DNA from: Deltaproteobacteria bacterium
GTDB taxonomy: Bacteria; Desulfobacterota; GWC2-55-46; JADFVP01
Assembly (NCBI GenBank): GCA_024275045.1
Contig: JAJRZX010000039.1
Coordinates: forward strand, 586-64,585
DNA length: 64,000 nt
Direction: 5' to 3'
Shown: one piece after another, positions 37,479-50,155 of the stretch
How the letters are laid out: the number at the start of each line of letters is the position of its first letter
Numbering within the stretch: position 1 is the first letter of the stretch
Notes under the pieces: generated by a model
Databases searched by the model: none
What the model saw: the letters and a program-made list of their open reading frames with translations, nothing else
Told to the model about the DNA's origin: nothing
Program-made: the position numbers and the translations under genes

Positions 37479-39011
37479 TCAAACCCTCCCGCGGGGTAAT
37501 CTTACCGTAAAAGTAGAGCCCTCTTCCACCTTTGATTCAAAATCTATCTGTCCCCCGTATACCTTCAGTATGCTCTGCGAGACAAAGAGCCCAAGCCCCG
37601 TGCCTTTGCCAACCTCTTTTGTAGTATAAAAAGGGTCAAATATTTTCTTGGCGTCTTCTTCGCTTACTCCGCAGCCGCTGTCCGTTATCTTGACGGAGAC
37701 ATAGTTGCGGTAGATTTCCTCTGTGCCGGTAAGGGGCCTGTCGCCCTTGCGCCTGCGTAGATTCGCGCCCTTAACCGGAATCTTCTCAACGGATGTGCTT
37801 GCCCTTATCACCGCTTCCCCGCCTGTGGCGCTCATGGACTGGGCTGCGTTTACAAGAAGGTTGACAAATACCTGCCGCAGCTTACCCTCGTTTATCTTTA
37901 CAACGGGAAGCCCCTCGCCAAGGTCGGTCTTTACGGTCATATCCTTAAAATCCCTGTGCCCCTCAAGGCCATGAATGCTATCAAGGAGCAGGGCGTTTAC
38001 ATCAACAGATTGAAGAGGCTTTTTTTCGCTCCTTGAGAACTCAAGAAATTCTCTTAATATGGAGTCTATCCTCGAAACCTCACGACCCGCCCTTACTATT
38101 ATATCCTTTTCCTCTTCGCCGTTAAGAGACCCGCGCTCAAGTATCTGCAGATACCCCCCAACAGCCCCCAGGGGGTTGCCTATCTCATGGGCTATGCCCG
38201 CGGCAAGCCTTCCCACGGCCGCGAGAGTGGAGGAGCGCAGAACCTCTTCCTGTGCGCTTACAAGCTCGTTATTTACCCTCTCAAGGGTGTTTATCTCCTC
38301 CTCTATCCTCTCGGCCATCTTGTTAAAAGAAGAGGCCATGAGACCTATCTCGTTGTCAGAGTCTATATCCACCCTCTCGCCGAAGGACCCGTCGGAGATG
38401 TGCGAGGCCGCCTCTGTAAGACGCCTGATGGGATTTATAATAGAGCCTGAGAGAAAGATAAAACCAAAACCTATGATAATGGCGCTATCAAGAACTATGT
38501 AAATAATAAGAAATTTTCTTACTACGGAGAGCTCCCCGTTAATATCGTTAAGAGGAAGGGTAAACTCAAGACGCCCCGCAAGAGGGCCGCCATCGCTTAA
38601 GAGCGAACTTACATGAAGCAGAGTGCCCGGCCCGCTCAGCCACCCGCCGCCGTGGCGCACTATCTTTATACCATCAAGGGCGCTTAAAGGTCTACCGCCC
38701 CCCTGCGGAACCTTGCCTTTTTTAATAACACTGCGTCCAAGGGAGGTAGTGAGGCTGTAGTCCCGCACCCCGGCAACGCTCATTACCACGGAGAGCAGTC
38801 TCGCGGCTTTTTGTTCATCGAGCCATGGACTTAGCTGAGCGATTGAGCTCCCAGCGAGACGGGCCGTCTTCTGCGCCTCGCGTATCTTCCAGTCAAGGGC
38901 CCTGTCCTCCACTATCTTAATGCTCATAAGACCGATAAAAGCCACACCCGCAAGTGTGATAAGGGCTATGCCAAGTCCGAGCTGAGCGCGTATGCCTATC
39001 TTGAGATTCAC
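37479..39011 (-). CDS. pilS: Sensor histidine kinase PilS-like (TM, HAMP, HisKA, HATPase_c)
   Basis: It is 510 aa. The H-box is AAGIAHEIGNPLGAV. N, G1 and G2 boxes are present (KITDSGCGV, GTGLGL). Confidence 0.8.
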   Translation of the reverse strand: MNLKIGIRAQLGLGIALITLAGVAFIGLMSIKIVEDRALDWKIREAQKTARLAGSSIAQLSPWLDEQKAARLLSVVMSVAGVRDYSLTTSLGRSVIKKGKVPQGGGRPLSALDGIKIVRHGGGWLSGPGTLLHVSSLLSDGGPLAGRLEFTLPLNDINGELSVVRKFLIIYIVLDSAIIIGFGFIFLSGSIINPIRRLTEAASHISDGSFGERVDIDSDNEIGLMASSFNKMAERIEEEINTLERVNNELVSAQEEVLRSSTLAAVGRLAAGIAHEIGNPLGAVGGYLQILERGSLNGEEEKDIIVRAGREVSRIDSILREFLEFSRSEKKPLQSVDVNALLLDSIHGLEGHRDFKDMTVKTDLGEGLPVVKINEGKLRQVFVNLLVNAAQSMSATGGEAVIRASTSVEKIPVKGANLRRRKGDRPLTGTEEIYRNYVSVKITDSGCGVSEEDAKKIFDPFYTTKEVGKGTGLGLFVSQSILKVYGGQIDFESKVEEGSTFTVRLPRGRV

Positions 39012-39026
39012 GTATTTAAGACCACC

Positions 39027-39809
39027 TTAAAGACCTCGTACCACGCTCTGCACATACCACCCGATTAAGGCGTCGCCGTAAAAAAGATACAATACGGCAC
39101 CTATGGCAAGAAAAGGCCCAAAGGGCAGAGCGTACTTGGTATTTCTGGAAAAAACAACCATTACCAGCACCCCGGCAAGAGCACCGAAGATAGATGAGGT
39201 AAAGAGCGTAAAGAGCACGCCTTTCCATCCGATAAAGGCCCCTATCATGGCAAGAAATTTTATATCCCCTCCGCCCATGCCTTCTTTGCCTGTAATGTAA
39301 TGATAACCCATGGCTATGCCCATGAGAATACCGCCGCCTGCCACTATGCCTATGATTGAGCTCACCACACCGGGGGTTGGCATGAAAAAAGAAGCGATAA
39401 AACCTACGACTACTCCCGGCAGCGTAATGACATCGAGTATTATCTTCCTGTCAAGGTCTATGAAGGTTATTACAATAAGGGCGGCCAGAAAGAGAAAGGG
39501 TATGAGTATCCTCACATCAGGGCCAAAGCGGTAAAAGAGCGCCACGGCTGCAAGGCCCGTGAGCACTTCTACAAATGGATAACGAAAGGAGATGGGGCTC
39601 TTACACCCGGCGCATTTGCCCCTTAAGAGCATAAAACCAATAACCGGGATATTAAAATAAAAGGGGATAAACTGCTTGCATACAGGGCAGCTTGAGGGCG
39701 GTGAGACAATGCTCTTACCCTCGGGGAGGCGGTAGATGCATACGTTAAGAAAACTGCCCACTACGGCGCCAAATATAAAGGGCAGGATAAGGATAATGTC
39801 CAAAGACAA
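39027..39809 (-). CDS. pilD: Prepilin peptidase PilD (A24 family)
   Basis: It is 260 aa. The N-terminal zinc-binding tetracysteine is CPVCKQ...CAGCKSPI. It is a polytopic membrane protein with acidic catalytic residues. Confidence 0.85.
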   Translation of the reverse strand: MSLDIILILPFIFGAVVGSFLNVCIYRLPEGKSIVSPPSSCPVCKQFIPFYFNIPVIGFMLLRGKCAGCKSPISFRYPFVEVLTGLAAVALFYRFGPDVRILIPFLFLAALIVITFIDLDRKIILDVITLPGVVVGFIASFFMPTPGVVSSIIGIVAGGGILMGIAMGYHYITGKEGMGGGDIKFLAMIGAFIGWKGVLFTLFTSSIFGALAGVLVMVVFSRNTKYALPFGPFLAIGAVLYLFYGDALIGWYVQSVVRGL

Positions 39810-39883
39810 GGAACCTCCGGTTCTTCTTTGCTTCTGTCAAGACTCATGCCGCGGTCAGGCGGATTGCTAATCAGCAGACCTGC

Positions 39884-40315
39884 TCAGAGAGTATCGGGCA
39901 GATAGTTCTTTCTAATCTTTTCCACCATAGTCACGATATTGGAGGCCTGTTTTATAGCGTCCCTTGAGTCCTTTTCCGAGATAACCTCTGCGGGTATGCC
40001 GCCGGGCAGGGCATCTGGAAAACGGGCGGTCTTGTAATAAATATCAAGAGAGGTAGTCTGGCCCACGAACTCCTTAAAGGACTCATCATAGGTCATGGCC
40101 CTGTCAAGAAGGTCTGCTACGGAGCGCGTAATAAGGGCATCCTCTCTGTAGAGAAAGAGAAAACCGCGCAGCGCCTTTGCAGCCGACTGCTGTGCCCAGA
40201 AACAGGCCGGGGCAAAGAAACCTCCCTCCTGATTCCACTGCGCAACCTTCAGGTCGTACTCTGCCTGACGAAGCCATCTTGAGGTCTCTTTTAAAAGAAT
40301 CTCCATAATAACCAC
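39884..40315 (-). CDS. HEPN-domain protein (PF05168-like), solitary
   Basis: It is 143 aa. WLRQAEYDLKVAQ...CFWAQQSAAKALRGFL...IYYKTARFPD matches HEPN helices and the RYP-type motif. No adjacent minimal nucleotidyltransferase ORF is present. Confidence 0.65.
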   Translation of the reverse strand: MVIMEILLKETSRWLRQAEYDLKVAQWNQEGGFFAPACFWAQQSAAKALRGFLFLYREDALITRSVADLLDRAMTYDESFKEFVGQTTSLDIYYKTARFPDALPGGIPAEVISEKDSRDAIKQASNIVTMVEKIRKNYLPDTL

Positions 40316-40353
40316 CCTTATACATTACAAGAAAATATTGCCCTGCTGAGGCA

Positions 40354-41610
40354 TCAAGTCCTGTAGGCTGAATTTATCTTTACATAATCGTAAGTCATAT
40401 CCGTTGTCCAGAACGTGGCGCTGCCGCTGCCCATATTCAGGTCTACCTGCAGCAGCACGTTCTTTCTCTTCATCACACGGGCGGCCTCGCGCTCGGCGCC
40501 TGTATCAAGGCCGCCTGCGGCTACGACCACGCCGTTAAAGGATATATCCAGCGAGCTCTCACTCATCTTCACCCCGGCCCTGCCAAGTGCCGCGGCAACG
40601 CGCCCCCAGTTTGGGTCTGCGCCGAAAAAGGCCGTCTTTACAAGGTACGAGCCCGCTATGGTACGGGCGGCCTGGTGCGCCTCATTATCAGTAGCAGCCC
40701 CGGTTACAAGTATCTCTATAAAACGCGAAGCCCCTTCGCCGTCTTTTACTATCATTTTGCCAAGACGTCTTGCCGCCTCATCAAGAAGGGAGCAGAACTC
40801 CCTGTATTGCTCTGTACCTCTTTTAAGGGCCACACCGCAGCGCCCGTTGGCCATAATAAGCACCGTGTCGTTTGTGGAGGTATCGTTATCCACCATTATG
40901 CTGTTAAAGGAGGTCCTGCATGCCACCTTCAGGGCGGACCTCAGAGGCGCCTTTGTCAGGGCGGCGTCTGTCATGAAAAAAGCAAGCATCGTGGCCATAT
41001 CAGGGTTTATCATACCCGCTCCCTTGGCTACCCCCAGTATGGAGACCATTACACCGTCTATCTTTTTTTTAACAAGTACGGTCTTGGTAAAGGCATCCGT
41101 GGTAAGGATGGCCTCTGATAGGTCGCAGAACCCTCTCTCATCAAGGGCAGAGGCAAGTCTTGGTATGGCGGCCTTTATCTTATCCATTGGCAGAGGCAGA
41201 CCTATAACACCTGTAGAGGCCACAAGCATGGTACCTTTTTTAAGACCAAGTACCTTCTCCGCAAGGGCGGCGGTGGCAGAGGCGTCTCTCATGCCTTTGC
41301 TGCCCGTACAGGCATTGGCGTTGCCGCTGTTGATGATAATCCCACTTGCAGTGCCGCCTGCGGCCCTCTCCATATCCAGAAGAACAGGGGCGGCCTTAAG
41401 CACATTGGTTGTAAAAAGCCCTGCAACGGTAGCCGGCACGTCGCTCAGTATAAGGGCCATATCAAGGGCGCCCTTTTTCTTAATGCCCGCTGATACGGCT
41501 GAGGCGCGAAAACCCGCCACCTTTAGAGAGCACCTTTTTCCCCGTGCCGCTGACTTTAAGGGACCTCGTAAAGGCATATGAAAAGAACCTCCGATCAGAT
41601 ATAAATACAC
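40354..41610 (-). CDS. argJ: Bifunctional glutamate N-acetyltransferase/amino-acid acetyltransferase ArgJ
   Basis: It is 418 aa. The autoproteolytic ATML site (ATMLAFFMTDA) is present. The N-terminus reads VAGFRASAVSAGIKKKGALDMALI. The likely start is M at 41577. Confidence 0.85.
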   Translation of the reverse strand: MYLYLIGGSFHMPLRGPLKSAARGKRCSLKVAGFRASAVSAGIKKKGALDMALILSDVPATVAGLFTTNVLKAAPVLLDMERAAGGTASGIIINSGNANACTGSKGMRDASATAALAEKVLGLKKGTMLVASTGVIGLPLPMDKIKAAIPRLASALDERGFCDLSEAILTTDAFTKTVLVKKKIDGVMVSILGVAKGAGMINPDMATMLAFFMTDAALTKAPLRSALKVACRTSFNSIMVDNDTSTNDTVLIMANGRCGVALKRGTEQYREFCSLLDEAARRLGKMIVKDGEGASRFIEILVTGAATDNEAHQAARTIAGSYLVKTAFFGADPNWGRVAAALGRAGVKMSESSLDISFNGVVVAAGGLDTGAEREAARVMKRKNVLLQVDLNMGSGSATFWTTDMTYDYVKINSAYRT

Positions 41611-41720
41611 GCAGAGCAGTCTCTTGCTTAAGAGCAGTAAGTTAAACTCTTAACCTGGTTAATCACCCGGATAAAACTCAAGCACTCACAAAAAACAATG
41701 GCCTGATAAGTCAGAGTGCC

Positions 41721-44444
<2,724 letters not shown>

Positions 44445-44717
44445 TTTGCTCCCTGTCCTTTAACAGAAAATTTTATTACTAATCCAAGATACTAACACGC
44501 TTCAAGGCATGATTCCACATCAATGGAAACCAGAGCCCTTGCAGGCGCAAAAAAAAACTACTTACAAACCATCAATATAAAAAGATTATCTCGTCCCTGC
44601 CTCCGGCGGAAGGAGGAGATGGGCTAAGACAAGCAAAAGAGGGCTTTACAGCTGATAAACAGGAGATCAAGCGGGGTAAGATACCCCAGTACAGAGGCTG
44701 ACTGGCCCATGCAGGGA

Positions 44718-45704
44718 TCAGTTTAAGATATACTTCGAGGGGTTACGAAAGACCCCGTTAACAGCAACGGCATAGTGCAGGTGCGCGCCAGTGGAACGCC
44801 CTGTATTGCCAAGGGCCCCTATCTTCTGCCCTCTCTTAACCCTCTGGCCGGTCTTTACAAAGGTACGCGAGAGGTGCCCGTAAACTGTTCTTATTCCATA
44901 TCCGTGGCTTATGTTGATATATCTTCCTATATTCGCGTCACGCCCTATCTTGGTAACCCTGCCGTTGGCCGTGGCCACAACAGGAGTGCCAACTCGATTT
45001 GCTATATCTATGCCTCTATGTGAGTGTTTAAGGCCCGTAAAGGGTGAGACCCTTCTGCCAAACACTGATGTAACCCAGCCTTTTACCGGCCTTATAGAGG
45101 GCGTAGATGCCAGGAGACTGGTTTTTTTCAGCAGCCCTTCGCGCAGCTCAGTAAAACTCGATTCCAGAACATCGGCATTAACCTCAAGACCGGTAAGGTC
45201 TGAGCGTATCTGACTTACAAGCTCATCTACTTTAGCCCCGGGGGTAAGGAGATAATCGGCGTTGGAGGCTGAAGAACCGCCGCCTATGCCTTTTATGCCG
45301 GAGCTTGAGGCGAACTTGGCATCAGGCTCGATATTGGCGAGTATACGCAGTTTTTTATCAAATATTTCCAGCCCCGCCATCTGCGACTCAATATCGCGAA
45401 TCCTGGCCGAGAAACTCTGCAGCTCTATCTTCTGCCTTGCGTTCTCTCTCTTCAGCCCGTAGAGCTCCTTTGAATCACCGCGCAGCTGAAGATAATCGTA
45501 GAGGACAAAGGCCATAACAAGGCTTAAGACCACAAGGGCCGTGCCAACGACTTTAGCCCCACGGATACTTACCTTCAGCCGCCTCGGTATTGAGCTGTCA
45601 TTGGTCATCAATAAGACCGTCAGGGTTCGGCCGGCAGAAGTACTCGCTGCGCGGCGCCCTGCATGGTCTTTTTGCTTTCTTGTAAATAATGACGTAAATT
45701 TCAA
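44718..45704 (-). CDS. M23-family metallopeptidase with a coiled-coil N-terminal region
   Basis: HxxxD is HRGIDIA and HxH is GAHLHYAV. An N-terminal TM is present. Confidence 0.8.
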   Translation of the reverse strand: MKFTSLFTRKQKDHAGRRAASTSAGRTLTVLLMTNDSSIPRRLKVSIRGAKVVGTALVVLSLVMAFVLYDYLQLRGDSKELYGLKRENARQKIELQSFSARIRDIESQMAGLEIFDKKLRILANIEPDAKFASSSGIKGIGGGSSASNADYLLTPGAKVDELVSQIRSDLTGLEVNADVLESSFTELREGLLKKTSLLASTPSIRPVKGWVTSVFGRRVSPFTGLKHSHRGIDIANRVGTPVVATANGRVTKIGRDANIGRYINISHGYGIRTVYGHLSRTFVKTGQRVKRGQKIGALGNTGRSTGAHLHYAVAVNGVFRNPSKYILN

Positions 45705-45864
45705 ACTTGCTTCCCCATATAAACTTTATCTGAACAGGAAGACCCTATTTTAAACCTAATTAGCATATTACACCCGCAAAGTCAAGAGATAACCCGGCCT
45801 TACGTTACCCCTCAAATACACCTTAGAGCGCTCTGAGAAAGGCCGCCGCAAGAGCAGGTACTCT

Positions 45865-46542
45865 TTACTGGTGCATAAAGAGGAGTATCCGTTTTTTTTC
45901 TATCTTTATATACCCCTCACCGCTCATCTTCTTAAGTGCCCTGCTAACCACCTCTCTTGAAGAGCCTATCATGGCGGCAAGCTCCTCATGGGTGGGACGC
46001 TCAACCTCCAGTATGTCCTCGGCTCCCGAGGCCCTGGCCATGCCGATGAGTGTGTGTGCTATCCTGCCGCAGACATCAAGGAGCGCAAGGCCGCCGATCT
46101 TTCTCGTGGCGTCTCTAAGCCTGCCCGTAAGGTAGGCGAACATCGTGGCGTATACCCTGTGATGAACGCTGAGGTAGTGAATAAAGGCCTCTTTTTTTAC
46201 TACAAGACAGCGCACGAGTTTTACGGTCTCAACATTGGCTGAGCGGGGTTTCTCATCCATAATGGCCATCTCCCCGAACATATCACCTTCTTTCAGTATA
46301 GAAAGAACAATCTCACGGCCCTGCTCGCCGTACAGTGTAACCTTTGCCCTGCCTGAGATAATAAAAAAGACCGCCTCACCGCAATCGCCCTCGCAGATAA
46401 TCTGACTCCCCGCGGGCCATGACTTTATATCGCCGATAGAGAGCATGTCCTCAAGGTAAAAATCCTCAAGCCCGGCAAAGAGGGGGTTGATGGAGAGAGC
46501 CTTTTTTATAGCCAGTAAATCTTGATCATCGGATTTTTTCAT
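45865..46542 (-). CDS. Crp/Fnr-family transcriptional regulator
   Basis: It has a cNMP-binding fold (GDMFGEMAIMD) and a C-terminal HTH (EELAAMIGSSREVVSRALKKM). Confidence 0.8.
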   Translation of the reverse strand: MKKSDDQDLLAIKKALSINPLFAGLEDFYLEDMLSIGDIKSWPAGSQIICEGDCGEAVFFIISGRAKVTLYGEQGREIVLSILKEGDMFGEMAIMDEKPRSANVETVKLVRCLVVKKEAFIHYLSVHHRVYATMFAYLTGRLRDATRKIGGLALLDVCGRIAHTLIGMARASGAEDILEVERPTHEELAAMIGSSREVVSRALKKMSGEGYIKIEKKRILLFMHQ

Positions 46543-47912
46543 TATGCCCCGCTTGCCTCTAACTCGTTTATCAGAATACTTGGAGCGCCTATTGAACCAA
46601 GAAACCTCATATCAGAACCAATCGCCGCAACAGAGTCAAAGAGGTTGAGGAGGTTTCCCGAGACCGCCAGCCCCCGAACAGGATACTGCAAAGTACCGCC
46701 TTCTATCCACATCCCCGATGCACCGAGAGAAAAATCACCTGTCACAGGGTTTATGGTATGCACCCCCATAAGCTCTGTTATAAAGAGCCCGTTGCCTGCT
46801 TCACTAAATAGCGCCTCAAGCGTGGGGGCCTCTGAGGAAGTCTCCAGATACAGGTTGGTAAGCCCTACGCCGGGTGAATCCATGAACCCGCCGCGCACGG
46901 CATTACCTGTGGACACTGCCTTCATCCTTGCCGCCCAGTACGAATCATAGAGATATCCCCTCACCACCCCTTCTGAGACAAGAGAGGTCTTTGCCGTGGA
47001 CAATCCCTCGGCATCAAAACTCGAGGTAGACCAGCCGCCTCTCATGGTGCCGTCATCCCAAATATTAACAAGATCGGAAAAGACCTTCTCTCCGTCTCTG
47101 CCCCTTAACATGGATTTACCCTTAAAGAGATTATCTCCAAGAAAAGAGCTGGAGAGGGCTTCCAGAAGCTCGCAGACAACGGTATTCTCAAGTACGGTCG
47201 GACGCTTTGCCGTCTTGATGGACCGTGCCCCCAGCATCCTTACCGCCCGTGCGGCAGCATCGGAACCTGTCTTAAAAGGGTGTACATTCTCTCTTAAATG
47301 GTTAAGGCCCATGTCCCAGCCCATCTGGGCCTCGCCGTCGCGCTCGGCCACGGCTGTTACGTGTCCCGTATAAAAGGTGGCCCGCTCTACAGCGTCAACC
47401 CCTCTTGAGTTAAGGAGCCTTCTCTGAACCCTGCGCTCCTGATAAGAGGCATTTCTTACCCTTACCACCTCTTTTGAAAAAGCCCTGGCCCCCTCTTCCA
47501 CAAGGGCCGCACGCTCTATTACTCCATGGGCTGAATCAGGGGCATAGGATTCATCATATAAATCAGGATGAGTCTCACTTAAGCGCTCCGCCCCTTCAGG
47601 GATACTCATAAAAGGGTCGCTCTCTGTAAGGGCGCTTAAGGATATGGCCTTTTTAACGGTCTCTCCAAAGGCGTTATTTTCAAGAAGGCTTGAGTATGCA
47701 AAACCAACCCTGCCCTCAAGTATAACCCTGATACCCACGCCGTGGCCCCTGGTAGCCTTCAGCGAATCCACAGCACCGTCTCTGGACTCGGCGCTGATGC
47801 CATCTGTTTTCATGAAAAAAAGCTCATACTCATCAACCGCGCCGTCAAGAAGGGTGCGCAGCGTATCCACGGCACCGGTAAAAATCTGCTCATCCCCGCG
47901 CTTCCCGTTCAT
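46542..47912 (-). CDS. TldD/PmbA-family metalloprotease (PmbA-like)
   Basis: It is 456 aa. Conserved C-terminal GxC and glycine-rich motifs of the TldD/PmbA fold are present (LFITELMGVHTINPVTGDFSLGASGMWIEGG). Confidence 0.75.
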   Translation of the reverse strand: MNGKRGDEQIFTGAVDTLRTLLDGAVDEYELFFMKTDGISAESRDGAVDSLKATRGHGVGIRVILEGRVGFAYSSLLENNAFGETVKKAISLSALTESDPFMSIPEGAERLSETHPDLYDESYAPDSAHGVIERAALVEEGARAFSKEVVRVRNASYQERRVQRRLLNSRGVDAVERATFYTGHVTAVAERDGEAQMGWDMGLNHLRENVHPFKTGSDAAARAVRMLGARSIKTAKRPTVLENTVVCELLEALSSSFLGDNLFKGKSMLRGRDGEKVFSDLVNIWDDGTMRGGWSTSSFDAEGLSTAKTSLVSEGVVRGYLYDSYWAARMKAVSTGNAVRGGFMDSPGVGLTNLYLETSSEAPTLEALFSEAGNGLFITELMGVHTINPVTGDFSLGASGMWIEGGTLQYPVRGLAVSGNLLNLFDSVAAIGSDMRFLGSIGAPSILINELEASGA

Positions 47913-48421
47913 AGACCCTCCGCTGCTTTTTTTCCGGCAGAATCAAGTTCAAGCATAACCGCCGTCTCGTCACATCCCGGAAACTTTCTACAGACAGCGC
48001 AATCGCCCCATATTTTCTGAGGCAGAAGAGTCTTATCCACTACGCTAAAGCCCTTTTCTTTAAAAAAATCAACGGCATAAGTAAGGGCAAAGACCCGTTT
48101 TATGCCAAGCTCTGCTGCCTCATCAAGAGAGGCCTTAATAAGCGCGGAACCCGCTCCCATGCCGCGAAAGGTCTCGGCCACGGCAAGGGAGCGCACCTCG
48201 GCCAGGTCCTCGTCCCATATATGAAGCGAGACAATGCCCGCTATGACATCACCGGACCATGCAACGAAAAAATCTCTCAGCCCGCCGTATATCTCCTGAA
48301 TAGGGCGATGGAGCATCTCGTCTTTACTGGCAAACTCTTGTACCAGGGCAAAGATGGCCTTTACGTCTCCCACCCCGGCCTTTTTTACTCTTATATCAAG
48401 ACTTCTTACCGCAGGGTTCAC
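47909..48421 (-). CDS. GNAT-family N-acetyltransferase
   Basis: It is 170 aa. The acetyl-CoA binding motif is RGMGAGSALI. It overlaps the downstream gene by 4 nt. Confidence 0.7.
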   Translation of the reverse strand: MNPAVRSLDIRVKKAGVGDVKAIFALVQEFASKDEMLHRPIQEIYGGLRDFFVAWSGDVIAGIVSLHIWDEDLAEVRSLAVAETFRGMGAGSALIKASLDEAAELGIKRVFALTYAVDFFKEKGFSVVDKTLLPQKIWGDCAVCRKFPGCDETAVMLELDSAGKKAAEGL

Positions 48422-48455
48422 AGGACTCCCCTCCTATATATATACAATATTTCAA

Positions 48456-50153
48456 TTATACCAGAGAGCCTCCGGCAGCCAGAATAAGCTCTCTTGCGTG
48501 CTCTCTTGTAGCCTCGGTAACGTTATCGCCTCCGAGCATCCATGCTATCTGCCCAAGGCACTCACTCTTATCACCAAGCCTGCGTACCGATGTAAGGGTC
48601 CTCTCGGCTACGCTCTCTTTACTCACTACAAAATGCCCATCGGCAAAGGCCGCTATCTGCGGCAGATGGGTGATGCACAAGACCTGATTGCTCTCTGAGA
48701 TGGACTTCATCCTTGCGCCTACCACATGGGCCATGGCACCGCCAATGCCCGTGTCTATCTCATCAAATATAAGGGTAGGCACCCTGCCGGCGGCGCTAAT
48801 GCTCTTAATGGCAAGCATTATCCTCGAGAGCTCTCCGCCTGATGCGACTCTGGAAAGGGGTCTCACCTCTTCTCCGGGGTTCGCGGATATATAAAAACAT
48901 ACCCTCTCCGCACCATTGGCTGTAAGCCGCGCGGCCCCCTCGCCTCCGTGGCCTTCCTCGCACCTTAACTCAACCTCAAATACAGCCCCCTCCATGCCAA
49001 GGGCACCAAGCTCGGCCTCCATCCTTGACTTAAGTTTTTTGGCCGCCTCAGCCCTGGCCGCTGATAATCTCCGGGCTACCTCCACGGCCGCTGCCTCCTG
49101 CTCCAGAAGCACCGCCTCAACCGCGGCGAGCCTCTCACCAAGGCCGCTCAGACCGGCAAGCTCAAGGTCTATCTTCTCCTTTAACTCCGCTATACCCTCA
49201 AGCGTAGGGGCGTATTTCTTTTTAAGCCCCTCTATAAGAAAGAGCCTCTCGTCTACTTCCTCAAGCCGAACCGCATCAAATTCCAGACCCGCGGCGTGAT
49301 CCCGCAGCACCCCTCCCGCGTCCTCAAGCTGATAGAGGCTCGACTCCAGCCCCGGGAGAGTGTCCTTTATAACATCGTCAAAGCACGAGACCTCGTTAAG
49401 CTCGCGTATCACCCCTCCAAGACGCTCGGCAATGGCCCCTGAGTCTGAGTATATCACTGCCTCGGCCTTTATTGCCGCCCCTTTTATCTTCTCGGCGTTT
49501 ACCAACCCCTCTCTCAGACGCCTGAGCTCATGGTCTTCACCGGGCTGCAGCTCCGCACCTGCTATCTCTTCTGATTGAAAGGCCAACAGGTCGCGCCGCA
49601 TCGCGCTCCCGCTCGCACCCTGCATCATAGAATCACGCTCTTTAAGGCTGGTGAGATACTTTGCGTAAGCAAGGCGCATCTCGCGCCTCAAGGGCAGCAG
49701 CCCCCCAAAGGCATCAAGCACATTACAGTGCTCGCCGCCGCGCGTCAGGGACTGGTGTTCGCTCTGGCCGTATATATCGATTAAGTGGCGGGTAACCTCT
49801 GTTAAGGAGACAAGGGTTGCAAGGCTTCCGTTAATGTAAATCCTGTTTCTGCCTGCCTTTGCAACTACACGCTTTATAATAAGGTCATCAGAGCTATCTA
49901 TGCCCGCCTCCAAAAGCACCTCTGCAAGCCCCTTCAGCCCGGAGACATCAAAGAGCGCCTCTACCACGGCATGAGTGGCGCCTGTGCGGACAACGTCCCC
50001 TGCGGCGCGGTCGCCAAGTACAAGGGCTATGGCGTCTATGATTATGCTCTTGCCGGCTCCGGTCTCACCGGTAAATACATTAAACCCGCCATCAAGTTCA
50101 ATGACAAGGTTCTCTATAATGGCAAAGTCTTTTATTCTCAGTTCTACAAGCAT
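48456..50153 (-). CDS. recN: DNA repair protein RecN
   Basis: It is 565 aa. The N-terminal Walker A reads FTGETGAGKSIIIDAI. A long coiled-coil and a C-terminal signature/Walker B (LIFDEIDTGIGG) are present. Confidence 0.9.
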   Translation of the reverse strand: MLVELRIKDFAIIENLVIELDGGFNVFTGETGAGKSIIIDAIALVLGDRAAGDVVRTGATHAVVEALFDVSGLKGLAEVLLEAGIDSSDDLIIKRVVAKAGRNRIYINGSLATLVSLTEVTRHLIDIYGQSEHQSLTRGGEHCNVLDAFGGLLPLRREMRLAYAKYLTSLKERDSMMQGASGSAMRRDLLAFQSEEIAGAELQPGEDHELRRLREGLVNAEKIKGAAIKAEAVIYSDSGAIAERLGGVIRELNEVSCFDDVIKDTLPGLESSLYQLEDAGGVLRDHAAGLEFDAVRLEEVDERLFLIEGLKKKYAPTLEGIAELKEKIDLELAGLSGLGERLAAVEAVLLEQEAAAVEVARRLSAARAEAAKKLKSRMEAELGALGMEGAVFEVELRCEEGHGGEGAARLTANGAERVCFYISANPGEEVRPLSRVASGGELSRIMLAIKSISAAGRVPTLIFDEIDTGIGGAMAHVVGARMKSISESNQVLCITHLPQIAAFADGHFVVSKESVAERTLTSVRRLGDKSECLGQIAWMLGGDNVTEATREHARELILAAGGSLV

Positions 50154-50155
50154 CT

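Noticed and set aside
40415-41581. A 388-aa plus-strand ORF
   Set aside because: It is fully antisense to argJ, which has strong family motifs including the ATML autoprocessing site. High GC gives long spurious antisense frames.
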